From positions 3,584,001 through 3,648,000 of the forward strand of contig OY762926.1 in assembly GCA_963666735.1 (NCBI GenBank): a DNA stretch of 64,000 bases, in the 5' to 3' direction. Below are positions 9,538-20,333 of this stretch, piece after piece. The notes beneath the pieces were generated by a model. That model searched no databases and was not told the DNA's origin. It was given only the letters and a program-made list of their open reading frames with translations. This DNA comes from Gemmatimonadota bacterium. Lineage in GTDB: Bacteria; Gemmatimonadota; Gemmatimonadetes; Palauibacterales; Palauibacteraceae. The position numbers were made by a program, and so were the translations under genes. Position 1 is the stretch's first letter; every line of letters starts with the position of its first letter.

Positions 9538-10553
9538 AGGGCGGCGTACCAGTCGAGCGTGGGCCGAAGGCCCTCGAGGAGCGTCCAGCGGGGTTCGTAT
9601 CCGAGCCGTTCCCGAGCCTTCGAGATGTCCGCGTAGGAATGCCGTACGTCACCGGCCCGGAAGCGCTCGTACACAGGTTCCGCGCTTCCCACGTCCGGCC
9701 GCTTCTCCGCGAGCCCCGACCGGATGAGGCCGAACAGTTCGTTCAGCGTCGTCGCATCGCCCGCGGCGACGTTGTAGACGCCGCGGGCCGTCTCCGCCCC
9801 CGCCGTGGCGGCGAGCAGGTTCGCCTGCACCACGTTGTCGATGTAGCAGTAGTCCCGGGTCGTCTTGCCGTCCCCGTAGATCTGGCACGGCTCTCCCGCG
9901 AGCAGCCGCCGGGTCCAGCGCGGTATGACGGCGGCGTATGGTCCGTTGGGAGCCTGCCTCCTGCCGAACACGTTGAAGTAACGGAGTCCGATAATCTCGA
10001 GGTTGTAGCCGCGGCGGTACATCTCGGCGTACAACTCGTTTACGCGCTTCGTGGCCGCGTAGGGCGAGGCCGGGTTCCCGATGCGGGCTTCCGCCTTCGG
10101 GAGGTGGGGCGAATCCCCGTACACCGAACTCGAAGAGGCGTAGACGAGGCGGGAGACGCCGGCATCGCGGGCCGCGTCGAGCACGTTGATGAACCCCGCG
10201 ACGTTGCGGGCATACGTCTCCTGCGGCTCCTTCACGGATCGGGGCACCGAACCCAGCGCGGCCTGGTGCAGCACGATGTCGACCTCGCGGCACGCCTCGG
10301 CCACGGCATCGGCATCGACGATGTCCCGCTCCACGAAACGGCACCGATCCGCGGGGGCGCCCGAGGCCGCCACGGCTTCGTCGATGTTGCCGCGGTGTCC
10401 GGTCGAGAGGTCGTCGAGCGCCACGACCTCCTGTCCCAGCGCCAGGAGCCGCTCGATGAGGTGGGATCCGATGAAGCCGGCGCCCCCCGTGACGAGCCAT
10501 CGGCGAGGGGCCGCCGCGAGTGCTTCGCAGGCGAGAGCATAGGCGGTTTTCAC
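9534..10553 (-). CDS. UDP-GlcNAc(A) 4-epimerase, WbpP/TviC-like SDR
   Basis: TGGAGFIGS, HQAALGSVPRS, YAATK, LRYFNVFG. Confidence 0.9.
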   Translation of the reverse strand: MKTAYALACEALAAAPRRWLVTGGAGFIGSHLIERLLALGQEVVALDDLSTGHRGNIDEAVAASGAPADRCRFVERDIVDADAVAEACREVDIVLHQAALGSVPRSVKEPQETYARNVAGFINVLDAARDAGVSRLVYASSSSVYGDSPHLPKAEARIGNPASPYAATKRVNELYAEMYRRGYNLEIIGLRYFNVFGRRQAPNGPYAAVIPRWTRRLLAGEPCQIYGDGKTTRDYCYIDNVVQANLLAATAGAETARGVYNVAAGDATTLNELFGLIRSGLAEKRPDVGSAEPVYERFRAGDVRHSYADISKARERLGYEPRWTLLEGLRPTLDWYAAL

Positions 10554-10643
10554 GCGCTACATGTTATGCTTGCGGCGGCGGACGACGGAACCCCTCGCGC
10601 CCCGCGTACTTGAAACCTGCCCCCGGTCGGGCGGAGTATGAGG

Positions 10644-10681
10644 GGGGACCGGCGGAGGGGGACCGGCGATGGGGACCGGCG
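10644..10681. repeat. Three copies of GGGGACCGGCG in divergent intergenic region
   Basis: Copies at 10644, 10658 and 10671. Confidence 0.7.
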
Positions 10682-10729
10682 GAAAGAACGCCGGTCGGGT
10701 TCGGGCGACCGCGGAGTCGGAAAGGCGCC

Positions 10730-11107
10730 ATGGCCGAAGAAGGAATGAACGAGATTCTGAGGAAGAAGATCTGGAGGAAGCTCCAGGCTCTCCCCGAGGA
10801 CAAGCAGTACGAGGTCGTCGATTTCATCGACTATCTCGCTTCGAGGTACGCCTCGCGGCCGGCCGCCGGAGCGGATCCGTTCCAGCACTTCGCCGAATCC
10901 GTCCACCGGGGGTTGCGCAGGACGCGGGCCTCGACGACCGCGGTCAAGGGAACGATGAAGGTGCTCGGCGCGGCCGACCGCGTGATCGACTCGTTCCGCG
11001 AAGCCGGGCGCGGATTCCTCGCCGAACTCGAAGCGGGCAACCCGGAACCGGAGCCCACCGAGGATCGTCCTCCGCCCGAGACGCGCGAGATCGTGGTCGA
11101 CCCGTAG
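10730..11107 (+). CDS. Small hypothetical protein (DUF2281-like N-terminus)
   Basis: LQALPEDKQYEVVDFIDYL; host-like codon usage. Confidence 0.65.
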   Translation: MAEEGMNEILRKKIWRKLQALPEDKQYEVVDFIDYLASRYASRPAAGADPFQHFAESVHRGLRRTRASTTAVKGTMKVLGAADRVIDSFREAGRGFLAELEAGNPEPEPTEDRPPPETREIVVDP

Positions 11108-11193
11108 CATCGACGACGACGCACGCGATCGTCGCGGCGGTCGAACGGCGGTCCGCTCGTTGACGTCGCGCGGGCCGTCGCCTACGATGGCGC

Positions 11194-12660
11194 ATGGAAG
11201 CCCCCATGCCCCGCTCCAGCCGCGAAGCGCTCACCTTCGACGACGTTCTGCTCGCTCCCGGGCACGCGCTCGTCCATCCGGCGGATGTCGACGTCTCCAC
11301 CCGCCTGACCTCGCGCATCCGACTCCAGATTCCGCTGCTCTCCGCCGCCATGGACACGGTGACGGAGTACCGCATGGCCATCGCGCTCGCGCGCGAGGGC
11401 GGGATCGGCATCATCCACAGGAACATGTCGGTCGAAGCCCAGGCCCAGCAGGTCGACCGGGTGAAACGGTCCGAGAGCGGGATGATTCTGGACCCCATCA
11501 CGCTCGGCCCCGACGCCACGCTGGGCGAGGCCCGCCGGCGAATGAGGGAGTTTTCGATCAGCGGGGTCCCGATCGTGGACGAGGGCGGGGCGCTCGTCGG
11601 GATTCTGACCAACCGGGACCTGGTGTTCGAGACCGACCTCTCGCGGCCGGTGCGGGACGTGATGACGAGCGAGAAGCTCGTTACGGTGCCGACCGGGACT
11701 TCGCTAGAGGAGGCCGAGGAGATTCTCCGCCGTCACAAGATCGAGAAACTCCCCGTGGTGGGAGAGGACGGGCGGCTCGCCGGGCTCATCACGGTCAAGG
11801 ACATCTTCAAGCGCCGGCAGTTTCCCAACGCGACGAAGGATGGCCACGGACGGCTGCGGGTAGGGGCCGCCGTGGGGGCGAGCCGGACCGACCTCGAGCG
11901 GGCGCGGGAACTCGCCGCGGCCGGAGTGGACGTCATCGTCGTCGACAGCGCGCACGGACACTCCGAGGGCGTCCTCCAGGCCGTCGCCCGGGTCCGGGAG
12001 GCGCTCCCCGACCTCGACCTCATTGCCGGCAACGTCGCGACCCGCGAGGGGGCGGCGTCGCTCGTCGAGCGGGGCGTGGACGCGGTCAAGGTCGGTGTGG
12101 GGCCGGGATCCATCTGCACGACGCGCGTCGTCACGGGCGTCGGCGTGCCTCAGGTCACCGCGATCGAGGACAGCGTGGCGGGGGCGGAGGGCCGGGTGCC
12201 CGTGATCGGTGACGGCGGAATCAAGTATTCCGGCGATCTCGTGAAGGCGATCGCGGCGGGAGCGGAGACGTGCATGCTCGGCTCCATGTTCGCGGGCACC
12301 GACGAGAGCCCCGGCGAAGCCTTCCTCCTCGAGGGCCGGCGCTTCAAGGTGATCCGCGGCATGGGTTCGCTTGCGGCCATGCAGGCCGGCTCGGCGGACC
12401 GGTACTTCCAGGAGGGGTCGGCCGCCCGGAAACTGGTCCCCGAGGGGATCGAAGGCCGGGTGCCCTACAAGGGGCCGGTGTCGGACACCGTGTTCCAGAT
12501 GGTCGGCGGTCTTCGAAGCGGCATGGGGTACTGCGGCGTCGCCGCCGTCGACGAACTCCGCCGCGATGCCCGCTTCCTCCGCATCACTCCCGGCGGACTT
12601 CGCGAGTCCCATCCGCACGATGTCGTGATCACGCGCGAGGCCCCCAACTACCACGTCTAG
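11194..12660 (+). CDS. guaB: IMP dehydrogenase
   Basis: [11 protein letters not shown] pair, [14 protein letters not shown]. Confidence 0.97.
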   Translation: MEAPMPRSSREALTFDDVLLAPGHALVHPADVDVSTRLTSRIRLQIPLLSAAMDTVTEYRMAIALAREGGIGIIHRNMSVEAQAQQVDRVKRSESGMILDPITLGPDATLGEARRRMREFSISGVPIVDEGGALVGILTNRDLVFETDLSRPVRDVMTSEKLVTVPTGTSLEEAEEILRRHKIEKLPVVGEDGRLAGLITVKDIFKRRQFPNATKDGHGRLRVGAAVGASRTDLERARELAAAGVDVIVVDSAHGHSEGVLQAVARVREALPDLDLIAGNVATREGAASLVERGVDAVKVGVGPGSICTTRVVTGVGVPQVTAIEDSVAGAEGRVPVIGDGGIKYSGDLVKAIAAGAETCMLGSMFAGTDESPGEAFLLEGRRFKVIRGMGSLAAMQAGSADRYFQEGSAARKLVPEGIEGRVPYKGPVSDTVFQMVGGLRSGMGYCGVAAVDELRRDARFLRITPGGLRESHPHDVVITREAPNYHV

Positions 12661-12678
12661 CCGAGGATTAGCCGCCTG

Positions 12679-14439
12679 ATGACCCGTCGATTGTCAAGAA
12701 GATCGCCGAGAAGATCATCGAGAACGCCCTTCGGGGCGTGTCTTCATTGGGCCGGTCCGGTGCTCGCGGCGCTCGTTCTGCACGGCTGCGCGTTCACGCA
12801 GCGTCCACCCGATGCCGGCCCGGCGCCGGAGACCGTGAACGTCGAACCGGGGGCGCTCGATACCGGCGCGGCGGATCCATCCGAAGCGATCGCGGCGATG
12901 GGGGACGCTGCGGCGCCGGGCGACGCGCCGGTGCCGGGCGACGAGCTGATGCCGGGCGAGCCGGTCGTGCCGGATCCGGCGGACGAAACGGTCGCGGGGC
13001 CGACGGCGGCGGAGATCGATCGAGCGATCCGCGAGATGCTCGGCGGCGACCCGATGGGCCTCGTCCACAAAAGCGAGGATGCGCGCGTTTTCAGGCTCGA
13101 GATGAACGAGCGCGTCGCGTCGTGGGTCCACTACTTCCAGACCGCCATCGGCGAACGCTTCGCGACCTACCTCGGCCGCAAGATCCGCTACGAGGCCATG
13201 ATTCGCCGGAAGCTGCGCGAGGCGGGGCTGCCGCAGGACCTCATCTACCTTTCGCTCATCGAGAGCGGGATGAACCCCAACGCCTACAGCCGTGCGAGCG
13301 CCGTGGGCCTGTGGCAGTTCATCGCGGGCACGGGGCGCCAGTACGGCCTCGAAATATCCTACTGGATGGATGAACGGAGAGACCCGGAGAAGGCGACGGA
13401 CGCCGCGGTCCGTCACCTCAAGGATCTCTACGACGAGTTCGGTTCCTGGTACCTCGCGGCGGCGGGCTACAACGGAGGGCCGAACCGGGTCCGCCGCGGC
13501 CTTCGCACCGTGCCGGGCGCGACCTTCTGGGATCTCGCCGACCGCCGTCTGCTGCGCCGCGAGACGCGCGACTACGTGCCGAAGATCATCGCGGCGGCCA
13601 TGATCGGACACGATCCCGCGCGCTACGGGTTCCCGGATCCGGAGGGAGAGACGATCCCGGAGCATGTGACAGTCCGCGTGCCCGACGCGACGAGCTTCGA
13701 TGTCCTGGCCGAGGTCGCCGGGACCGACGAGGAGACGATCAACCTCCTCAACCCCGAGTTTCCGCGCGACGTGACCCCGCCGCACCGGGAGGTCGAGGTT
13801 CGGGTCCCGGTCGAGGGGGCCGCCCGGTTCGCGGCGCGGTATGCCGCCGTGCCGGCGGATGAGCGGGTGACGTGGACGTTCCACACGGTCCAGAGCGGTC
13901 ACACGCTGGGGTGGATCGGACAGCAGTACGGGGTGTCGGTGGCGGCGCTGCGCGCGGCGAACGGCAACCTGAACCCGCGTCGCCTGCAGATCGGCCAGCA
14001 ACTCGTGGTGCCCCGGTCGGCGCGAGCCTCCGGCGCCACGATCGCCAGGAGTTCGAACGCTAGCCCCCTCACCGCGCGGACGAATGCCGAGGGGACGACG
14101 GTCGTCACGGTGCAGCGCGGGCAGACGCTGGACGTGATCGCGCAGCGATACGGCGTGTCGGTGGCTGCGTTGCGGGCCGCGAACGGCAACGTAAACCCGC
14201 GTCGCCTGCAGATCGGCCAGGAGCTGCTGATTCCGGGCGCCGGCCGGCGGGCGCCCGGAACGGGGTCGGCCGGGTCCGCGAGCAACGGCGCTGGACCCGT
14301 GACGATCGTGGTCCGGCCGGGCGACTCGCTATGGCTGATCGCCCGCCGACACTCGGTATCGACGCGCGACCTCATCGAATGGAATCGCCTCTCCTCGACC
14401 CGGATCCATCCCGGCGACCGGCTCGAGATTCGGCGCTGA
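12679..14439 (+). CDS. mltD: Membrane-bound lytic transglycosylase D-like (SLT + 3 LysM)
   Basis: Lipobox LHGC, IESG, GLWQF, YNGG, ETRDYVPK; three LysM repeats. Confidence 0.9.
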   Translation: MTRRLSRRSPRRSSRTPFGACLHWAGPVLAALVLHGCAFTQRPPDAGPAPETVNVEPGALDTGAADPSEAIAAMGDAAAPGDAPVPGDELMPGEPVVPDPADETVAGPTAAEIDRAIREMLGGDPMGLVHKSEDARVFRLEMNERVASWVHYFQTAIGERFATYLGRKIRYEAMIRRKLREAGLPQDLIYLSLIESGMNPNAYSRASAVGLWQFIAGTGRQYGLEISYWMDERRDPEKATDAAVRHLKDLYDEFGSWYLAAAGYNGGPNRVRRGLRTVPGATFWDLADRRLLRRETRDYVPKIIAAAMIGHDPARYGFPDPEGETIPEHVTVRVPDATSFDVLAEVAGTDEETINLLNPEFPRDVTPPHREVEVRVPVEGAARFAARYAAVPADERVTWTFHTVQSGHTLGWIGQQYGVSVAALRAANGNLNPRRLQIGQQLVVPRSARASGATIARSSNASPLTARTNAEGTTVVTVQRGQTLDVIAQRYGVSVAALRAANGNVNPRRLQIGQELLIPGAGRRAPGTGSAGSASNGAGPVTIVVRPGDSLWLIARRHSVSTRDLIEWNRLSSTRIHPGDRLEIRR

Positions 14440-15795
14440 GGTGCCGCGCGGCGGGCCGGAAAGCGGATAGAGGGTCGCACCGCCCGCCTCCCGATGCTCT
14501 CCACGCTCCCCGGGCTGTCTCGTCAGGCCGTTACGCGTATCGACGATGATCCGTGCCTTCTCGAGCACGAGACCGTAGTCCACCTGCGGGTGATCCGTGA
14601 TGACGACCGTCGCGTGGCTCGATGCGAGCAGTTCCGCCGTCAGGGGCTGCGATTCGAGGTCTCCGCCCTCCGGCGCGAGCCTCGGCACGAACGGATCGTG
14701 GTATGAGACCTCGGCGCCCTGCCGGCGCAGGAGTTCGATGACGTCGAGCGCCGGACTCTCGCGGACATCGCCGACTCCCGGCTTGTAGGCGACGCCCAGC
14801 AGCAGGACGCGGCTGCCGTTGAGCGGCAGTCGATGCCGGTTGAGCGCCTGCGCGACGCGATCCACGACGTAGCGCGGCATCTCCGCGTTGACCTCGGCGG
14901 CGAGTTCGATGAAGCGGGTTCGGTACTGGAGCGTCCGCATCTTCCAGGCGAGGTATTGCGGGTCGATCGGGAGGCAGTGGCCGCCCAGGCCGGGGCCGGG
15001 CGTGAAACGCATGAAGCCGTAGGGCTTCGTCGCCGCGGCCTCGACGGCCTCGCCGATGTCGATCCCCAGACGATCCGCGATGACCGCCATCTCGTTCACG
15101 AGACCGATGTTCACGGCGCGGAAGGTGTTCTCGAGCAGCTTCGTGAGTTCCGCGACCTCGGGCGACGAAACGCTCACGACCTCGTCGATGACCCGTTCAT
15201 AGAGGCGGGCGGCGAGTTCGCGGCACGAGGCGGTGAGTCCGCCCACGACCTTCGCCGTGTTCGTGAACGTGTAGACGGGGTTGCCGGGGTCGACGCGCTC
15301 GGGGCTGAAGGCGAGGAAGAACTCCTTTCCCGCCGTGAGTCCGCCCTGTTCGAGTTCGGGCTGCAGAAGCTCCCGGGTCGTGCCCGGATAGGTGGTCGAC
15401 TCGAGGACGATGAGTTGGCCGGGCCGGAGGCCGTCTCGGATGTGTCCGAGGGCGTCGAGAATATGGGATACGTCGGGATCCCCGGTCTTCCCGAGCGGCG
15501 TGGGGACGCAGATGATGACGGCGTCCATCTCGCCGAGCCGGCCGAAGTCCGTGGTCGCGTCGAGGAGGCCGCTCTCGACGGCGGCGGCGACGGCCCGCGC
15601 CGGCACATCGCCGATGTGGGATTCGCCGCGCCTCACCCGGTGCACGACCCGATCGTCGATGTCGAACCCCAGCGTCCGGAAGCCGGCGCCCGAGAACGCC
15701 GTGACGACGGGAAGACCGACATAGCCGAGCCCGAGTACGCCCACCCGGGCCGTGCCCGACTCGATCTTCTTCCGGAGCGTTTCTCCGTGGTTCAC
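14329..15795 (-). CDS. UDP-GlcNAc/UDP-glucose 6-dehydrogenase family (WbpA-like)
   Basis: GLGYVGLP, ESTTYPGTT, FSPERVDPGN, PGPGLGGHCLPIDP. Confidence 0.9.
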   Translation of the reverse strand: MNHGETLRKKIESGTARVGVLGLGYVGLPVVTAFSGAGFRTLGFDIDDRVVHRVRRGESHIGDVPARAVAAAVESGLLDATTDFGRLGEMDAVIICVPTPLGKTGDPDVSHILDALGHIRDGLRPGQLIVLESTTYPGTTRELLQPELEQGGLTAGKEFFLAFSPERVDPGNPVYTFTNTAKVVGGLTASCRELAARLYERVIDEVVSVSSPEVAELTKLLENTFRAVNIGLVNEMAVIADRLGIDIGEAVEAAATKPYGFMRFTPGPGLGGHCLPIDPQYLAWKMRTLQYRTRFIELAAEVNAEMPRYVVDRVAQALNRHRLPLNGSRVLLLGVAYKPGVGDVRESPALDVIELLRRQGAEVSYHDPFVPRLAPEGGDLESQPLTAELLASSHATVVITDHPQVDYGLVLEKARIIVDTRNGLTRQPGERGEHREAGGATLYPLSGPPRGTSAPNLEPVAGMDPGRGEAIPFDEVARRYRVSAGDQP

Positions 15796-15832
15796 GGCGT
15801 CCCCCGAATCCCCTGTACTCCCCGTAGCGGCG

Positions 15833-16315
15833 TCACTTCGCGTCCGCCGTCCAGGCGCCCGATCGTCCCCCGCGCTTCTCGAGGAGTCGAATCGGTCCCA
15901 GCACCATGCCCCGGTCGATCGCCTTGCACATGTCGTACAGGGCGAGCAGGCCCGCCGCGACGCCGGCCATCGCCTCCATCTCGACGCCCGTGCGCCACTC
16001 CGCCGAGGCCCGCACGCTGAGCCGGTAGGCGGGCGGCGACTCCTCGGCCTCGAGGTCGACATCGACCGCGTCGAGGGGGATCGGATGGCAGAGCGGGATG
16101 AGCGCGGACGCCGCCTTGGCCCCCTGGATCGCCGCAAGGCGCGCCACGACGAGCGCCTCTCCCTTCTCGACCTCGCCCTCCCGGATGGCATCGAGCGTCG
16201 CGCGGCGCATTCGGATCCGGCCCTCGGCCACGGCCACGCGTCGCGTGAGAGGTTTCTCTCCCACGTCGACCATTCGCACCCGCCCGTCCGGGTCCAGATG
16301 TGTGAGTCCGTCCAC
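15833..16315 (-). CDS. moaC: Cyclic pyranopterin monophosphate synthase
   Basis: LTHLD..MVDV, LIPLCHP, TGVEMEA, YDMCKA. Confidence 0.95.
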   Translation of the reverse strand: MDGLTHLDPDGRVRMVDVGEKPLTRRVAVAEGRIRMRRATLDAIREGEVEKGEALVVARLAAIQGAKAASALIPLCHPIPLDAVDVDLEAEESPPAYRLSVRASAEWRTGVEMEAMAGVAAGLLALYDMCKAIDRGMVLGPIRLLEKRGGRSGAWTADAK

Positions 16316-16329
16316 GAAGCTGCCTCCCG

Positions 16330-17586
16330 TCACAGACTTCTCAGTACCCCCGCAAACTGCGGTGTTCCCGCCGTCCGGCCAGTGGAGCGACCGGCGAAGG
16401 CCGCGCTCATCTCCTCCAGCAGAAGGGCCGTCGTCGCCTGCGGATTCAGGTTGCGGCCCACCCCTTCCATGGCCGCATCGACGGCCCCGAGGGCTTCGAG
16501 CACCGCGCCTTCCGCCGGCCCGCCGCCCGCCCCGGGGGCGCCCGGGCTTCCCGCTCCGCCGGACCCCTTCCTGCGATCCTTCCTGCGATCCGGGTCGAGC
16601 GCCGCATCGGCCGCTCCCGCGGCGACGCAGAGCATGTCCCGAAGGCGGATGCGCAGCGCCTCGAGTGCCGGTTCCAACTCTCCCCGCGCGCCACGGGCGG
16701 AGAAGCGGGACGCGGCGCGATAGCGCGCCTGGGGCGTGCCGTCGAGGGCGGCGGCGAGCAGACCGTCCGCGGCCGCCCCGGATTCGCCGGCCCCGGACTC
16801 GCCGCCCTCGGAGTGGACGAGCGCGCGTGCTCGGTAGACGGCGCCGCCGGCCCGCCGTGCCACCCCCCGCGCCCGGTCGGCGTCGCGAACGCCGAGGTGT
16901 TCCGTTACGTAGGCCGCCACGCGTTCGGTCGGCAGCGGGGCGATGCGGAGCGGCACCGTGCGGGACCGGATCGTCGGCAGAAGGGCGTCCGGACGGCCGC
17001 TCGTGAGCACGATATACGCGAACGGCGGCGGTTCCTCCAGAAGCTTGAGAAAGGCGTTCGCCGCCTCGGGGCTGGCGCTCTGCGGCACCATCCGTTCCGC
17101 ATCCTCGATCACGAACACCGACTTGCGCGCCATCGACGGACGCCGGGACGCCTGGTCCCGGATGTTCTCCACGGCGGCCACATAGAGTCCCGTGACCGCG
17201 TCCGGGTCCAGGCGCGCATGGAGATCCTCCCGCAGGAGCGCGAGACGCTCGTGCCGCTGCGCCTCGATGGCCTCCCGCAGCTTGGCCCGCGAGGCGGCCC
17301 GCTTCGGGCGCGGCATCGGAAAATGGACGTGGATGTCCGGGTGCTCCAGCCGCGCCGCCATGCGGCAGTTGCGGCACGCTTCGCAGGGCACCTCCGCGGT
17401 CTCCACGGCCTCGCACTGGAGCGCGCGCGCGATCCACAGGGCAAGCGAGCGCTTGCCGACGCCCTCCGGGCCGTGGACGAGGAGCGACTGCGGCAGTCGC
17501 CGGCCCGCGACGGCGCCGGCCATGCGTCGCAGGACGTCTTCCTGTCCCCAGGGACGCTCGCCCGTCACCGGCGACCCCTCAGCCAC
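16330..17586 (-). CDS. holB: DNA polymerase III delta' subunit
   Basis: GPEGVGK, C..PCEACRNC zinc motif, HPD, ANAFLKLLEEPP, TIRSR. Confidence 0.88.
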   Translation of the reverse strand: MAEGSPVTGERPWGQEDVLRRMAGAVAGRRLPQSLLVHGPEGVGKRSLALWIARALQCEAVETAEVPCEACRNCRMAARLEHPDIHVHFPMPRPKRAASRAKLREAIEAQRHERLALLREDLHARLDPDAVTGLYVAAVENIRDQASRRPSMARKSVFVIEDAERMVPQSASPEAANAFLKLLEEPPPFAYIVLTSGRPDALLPTIRSRTVPLRIAPLPTERVAAYVTEHLGVRDADRARGVARRAGGAVYRARALVHSEGGESGAGESGAAADGLLAAALDGTPQARYRAASRFSARGARGELEPALEALRIRLRDMLCVAAGAADAALDPDRRKDRRKGSGGAGSPGAPGAGGGPAEGAVLEALGAVDAAMEGVGRNLNPQATTALLLEEMSAAFAGRSTGRTAGTPQFAGVLRSL

Positions 17587-18806
17587 CGGACCGGATCCAC
17601 CGCGCGGGGTCCCACCGCCCCCGGCTCGTAGATCTGGAACTCGATGTGCGGCCGGGTCGTGTCACCGCCCACGTGCCCGATCGCCTGTCCCTCGCCGACC
17701 GGCTGCCCCTCGCGGACCGTGACGTCCAGGAGCTTCTGATAGGACGAGTAGAAACCTCCTCCGTGGTCGAGGATCACCGTCTGTCCCGAGGCGCGGGCCG
17801 CCACGGAGGCGACGGTGCCGCGATCCACCGCGTTCACGGGCGTGCCGCGCGGCGCCGCGATCCCGATCCCCTCGCGCGGGATCGTCGTGCGTCCCTCCCG
17901 CTCAGGCCCGTAGCGCCAGAGGATCTCCCCCTCGACCGGCCAGGCGAGACTCCCGAGATCCCCCGTCGTCAAGGATGAGACCGACGCCGCGCCCGCCTCG
18001 CGTTCCGCCGAGCGGCGTCGTTCTTCGAGCCCCCCGATGAGCGCGCGCAGTTCGGCCTCTTCCCTCGCCAGCCGGGCCAGCGTCGACCGCGCATCGTCGC
18101 GGCGGCCGGCGAATTGCCGCAGCCGCGCCTGTCGCTGCCGCTCCAACCCCGCCAACTCGTCGTATTCCCGGAGGTTCTCCGCCCGCACGCGGGCGATTCG
18201 GTCGCTTTCCCGACTCAATCCGCCGCGCAGATCCGCGAGCGTGTCCTCGAGCTTCTTCACGTCATCGAGGAGTATGCGGTCGAAGACGGCGATGTCGCGC
18301 AGATACCGGTAGCGATTGAGCAGGTCCGAGAACGACCGCGCGGAGAGGAGCACCTCGACGGCGCGGAGGGGGCCGCGCTTGTAGATGTCGCGGAGCCGTC
18401 CCCGCAGCACGGCCTGGCGCGCCGTGAGGTCGTCGCGCGTGAGCAGCATCTGTCGCGTCATCGTCGTCAACCGCTCCGATAGCGCGCGCAGTTGAACGTC
18501 GAACTCCGCCAGGAGACTCGACGAGGCGGCGATCTGTCGTTCGATGTTCAGGAGTTCGGCCGAATCGCCGCTGACCCGGCCGGCGATCCCCTCGAGTTCC
18601 CGCCGCAGCCGCTGTCGTTCCTCGCGGATGAGATCGAGCCGCGCCTGGCTCTCGTCGAGGCGCCGCCGCACATCCGGCGACTCCTGCGCGGTCGCGGGCG
18701 CGGTCCACGCCGGGCTCGCCGCGGCGGCGACGGTCGCGGCCGCCACGAGCCGCGCCGTCCAGGCGCGACCTCGCGCGCCCCCGGTCGCGCGGTCAGGACG
18801 GGCCAT
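17565..18806 (-). CDS. envC: EnvC-like murein hydrolase activator (coiled coil + degenerate M23)
   Basis: Signal peptide, long coiled coil, WPVEG M23 domain lacking canonical Zn ligands; follows ftsEX. Confidence 0.8.
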   Translation of the reverse strand: MARPDRATGGARGRAWTARLVAAATVAAAASPAWTAPATAQESPDVRRRLDESQARLDLIREERQRLRRELEGIAGRVSGDSAELLNIERQIAASSSLLAEFDVQLRALSERLTTMTRQMLLTRDDLTARQAVLRGRLRDIYKRGPLRAVEVLLSARSFSDLLNRYRYLRDIAVFDRILLDDVKKLEDTLADLRGGLSRESDRIARVRAENLREYDELAGLERQRQARLRQFAGRRDDARSTLARLAREEAELRALIGGLEERRRSAEREAGAASVSSLTTGDLGSLAWPVEGEILWRYGPEREGRTTIPREGIGIAAPRGTPVNAVDRGTVASVAARASGQTVILDHGGGFYSSYQKLLDVTVREGQPVGEGQAIGHVGGDTTRPHIEFQIYEPGAVGPRAVDPVRWLRGRR

Positions 18807-19668
18807 ACGCCCGTCCCACCTCACGGTGCACGGAGAAGGCGGCGGCGAGCAGGCCGAGCGCGGCGGCGGTCGCGACGCCGGCCGCGGTCCAGAGGTGCGG
18901 GAGCCACGCGAGAGATTCGAGGGCCGCGAAACGCGCCGGGAAGACGACGTACGCGAGTCGCGTGACGCCGAGCGCGAGCAGTCCGCCCGCGAGCCCGGTG
19001 ACCGCGCCCTCGAGGAGGAAAGGCCGCTGGATGTAGCCTTCGCGCGCGCCCACGATCTGCATGATCTCGATCTCTTCGCCGCGCGCGAGGATGGCCATGC
19101 GCACCGTCGTGACGATGAGCAGCATCGCGACCAGCGCGAACCCGCCGCCCAGGGCGAGGGCGATTCCCGTCGCCGCGCTGCGCAGGGTGAAGAGCCGCTC
19201 CACCCACTCATCCCCGAACCGCGCCTCCTCGATGAACGGATACGCCGCGAGCAGGCCCGCGGTCTCCGACACCGCTTCCGGAGTTCGGAATCCCTCCCGG
19301 AGCCTGAGGTGAAACGAGGCGGGAAGCGGGTTCACCAGCAGTTCCCCGTAGACGTTCGAGAACTCGACGAGATCGCGCCGCGCCCGCTCCAGCGCCTCGT
19401 CCTTCGAGACGTAGCGCACCGACTCCACCGCCGGCAGCGCCTCCAACTCCCGCCGGGCGGCCCGCACCTGTTCCGAGCCGGCGTCATCGAGCAGGTAGCC
19501 GACGACCTCCACGCGGCGTTCCACGTCGCCGATCGCGCCGCCGATGTTGTGCGCAACGAGCCCGAAGAGGCCGAGGATCACGAGGCTGAGCCCGATCGCT
19601 CCGATCGAGAGGGCGCACAGCAGGGGGGTGCGCCGGAAGCCGGCGAGCGCTTCGCGCAGGGCTCTCAC
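18793..19668 (-). CDS. ftsX: Cell division permease FtsX
   Basis: YVSKDEAL, NPLPAS, EIEIMQIVGA, PFLLEG. Confidence 0.92.
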   Translation of the reverse strand: MRALREALAGFRRTPLLCALSIGAIGLSLVILGLFGLVAHNIGGAIGDVERRVEVVGYLLDDAGSEQVRAARRELEALPAVESVRYVSKDEALERARRDLVEFSNVYGELLVNPLPASFHLRLREGFRTPEAVSETAGLLAAYPFIEEARFGDEWVERLFTLRSAATGIALALGGGFALVAMLLIVTTVRMAILARGEEIEIMQIVGAREGYIQRPFLLEGAVTGLAGGLLALGVTRLAYVVFPARFAALESLAWLPHLWTAAGVATAAALGLLAAAFSVHREVGRAYGPS

Positions 19669-20333
19669 GCGGCGGAATCTCGGACGAGTCGCCCGTCCTC
19701 CAGTTCGATTCGACGGATCTCCGGATGCCGGCGCACGAAGTCCGCGTCGTGCGTGGCCATGAGCACGGCCGTCCCGAGGCGGTTCAGCATCCGGAACAGC
19801 TCGAACACCCCGCCCGCGGCGCCGGGATCGAGGTTGCCCGTCGGCTCGTCCGCTAGGAGGATCCGAGGTTCCGTGGCGAGGGCGCGCGCCACCGCCACGC
19901 GCTGCCGCTCCCCACCCGACAGCTCCGATGGTCTCGAGCGGGCGCGGGCGGCGAGACCGACCTGGCTCAGCAGCCGCTGGACGCGCCCCGCGATCTCGCG
20001 TCGCGGCGTCCCGATGACCTCGAGCGCGAAGGCCACGTTTTCCGCGGCGGTCAGCCGTTCCAGCAGCTTGAAGTCCTGAAACACGAACCCCACCCGCCGC
20101 CGCAGCGCGGGGATGTCCCGGCGGCGGACCCGCCCCGAGCGGTAGCGCGAGACCTGAACCTCGCCTTCGGTCGGCCGGGTCTGGAAATGGATCAGTTCGA
20201 GCACCGTCGACTTGCCCGCCCCCGACGGCCCGGTGAGGAAGGCGAACTCTCCCTTCCGGAGACGGAACGAAACTTCCCGCAGCGCGTCTCCGGAGCGCGG
20301 GTATGCCTTCGAGACCTTCCTGAGCGAGATCAT
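19665..20333 (-). CDS. ftsE: Cell division ATPase FtsE
   Basis: GPSGAGKST, VFQDFKLL, LSGGERQR, LLADEPTGNLD. Confidence 0.93.
   Translation of the reverse strand: MISLRKVSKAYPRSGDALREVSFRLRKGEFAFLTGPSGAGKSTVLELIHFQTRPTEGEVQVSRYRSGRVRRRDIPALRRRVGFVFQDFKLLERLTAAENVAFALEVIGTPRREIAGRVQRLLSQVGLAARARSRPSELSGGERQRVAVARALATEPRILLADEPTGNLDPGAAGGVFELFRMLNRLGTAVLMATHDADFVRRHPEIRRIELEDGRLVRDSAA

Noticed and set aside
10644..10681. Short G-rich repeats as CRISPR or G-quadruplex
   Set aside because: 11-bp units with 2-3 nt spacers, no cas genes, and only three long G-runs; function unsupported
13880..14235. Near-identical DNA repeats in mltD
   Set aside because: Explained by duplicated LysM domains; not CRISPR or mobile DNA
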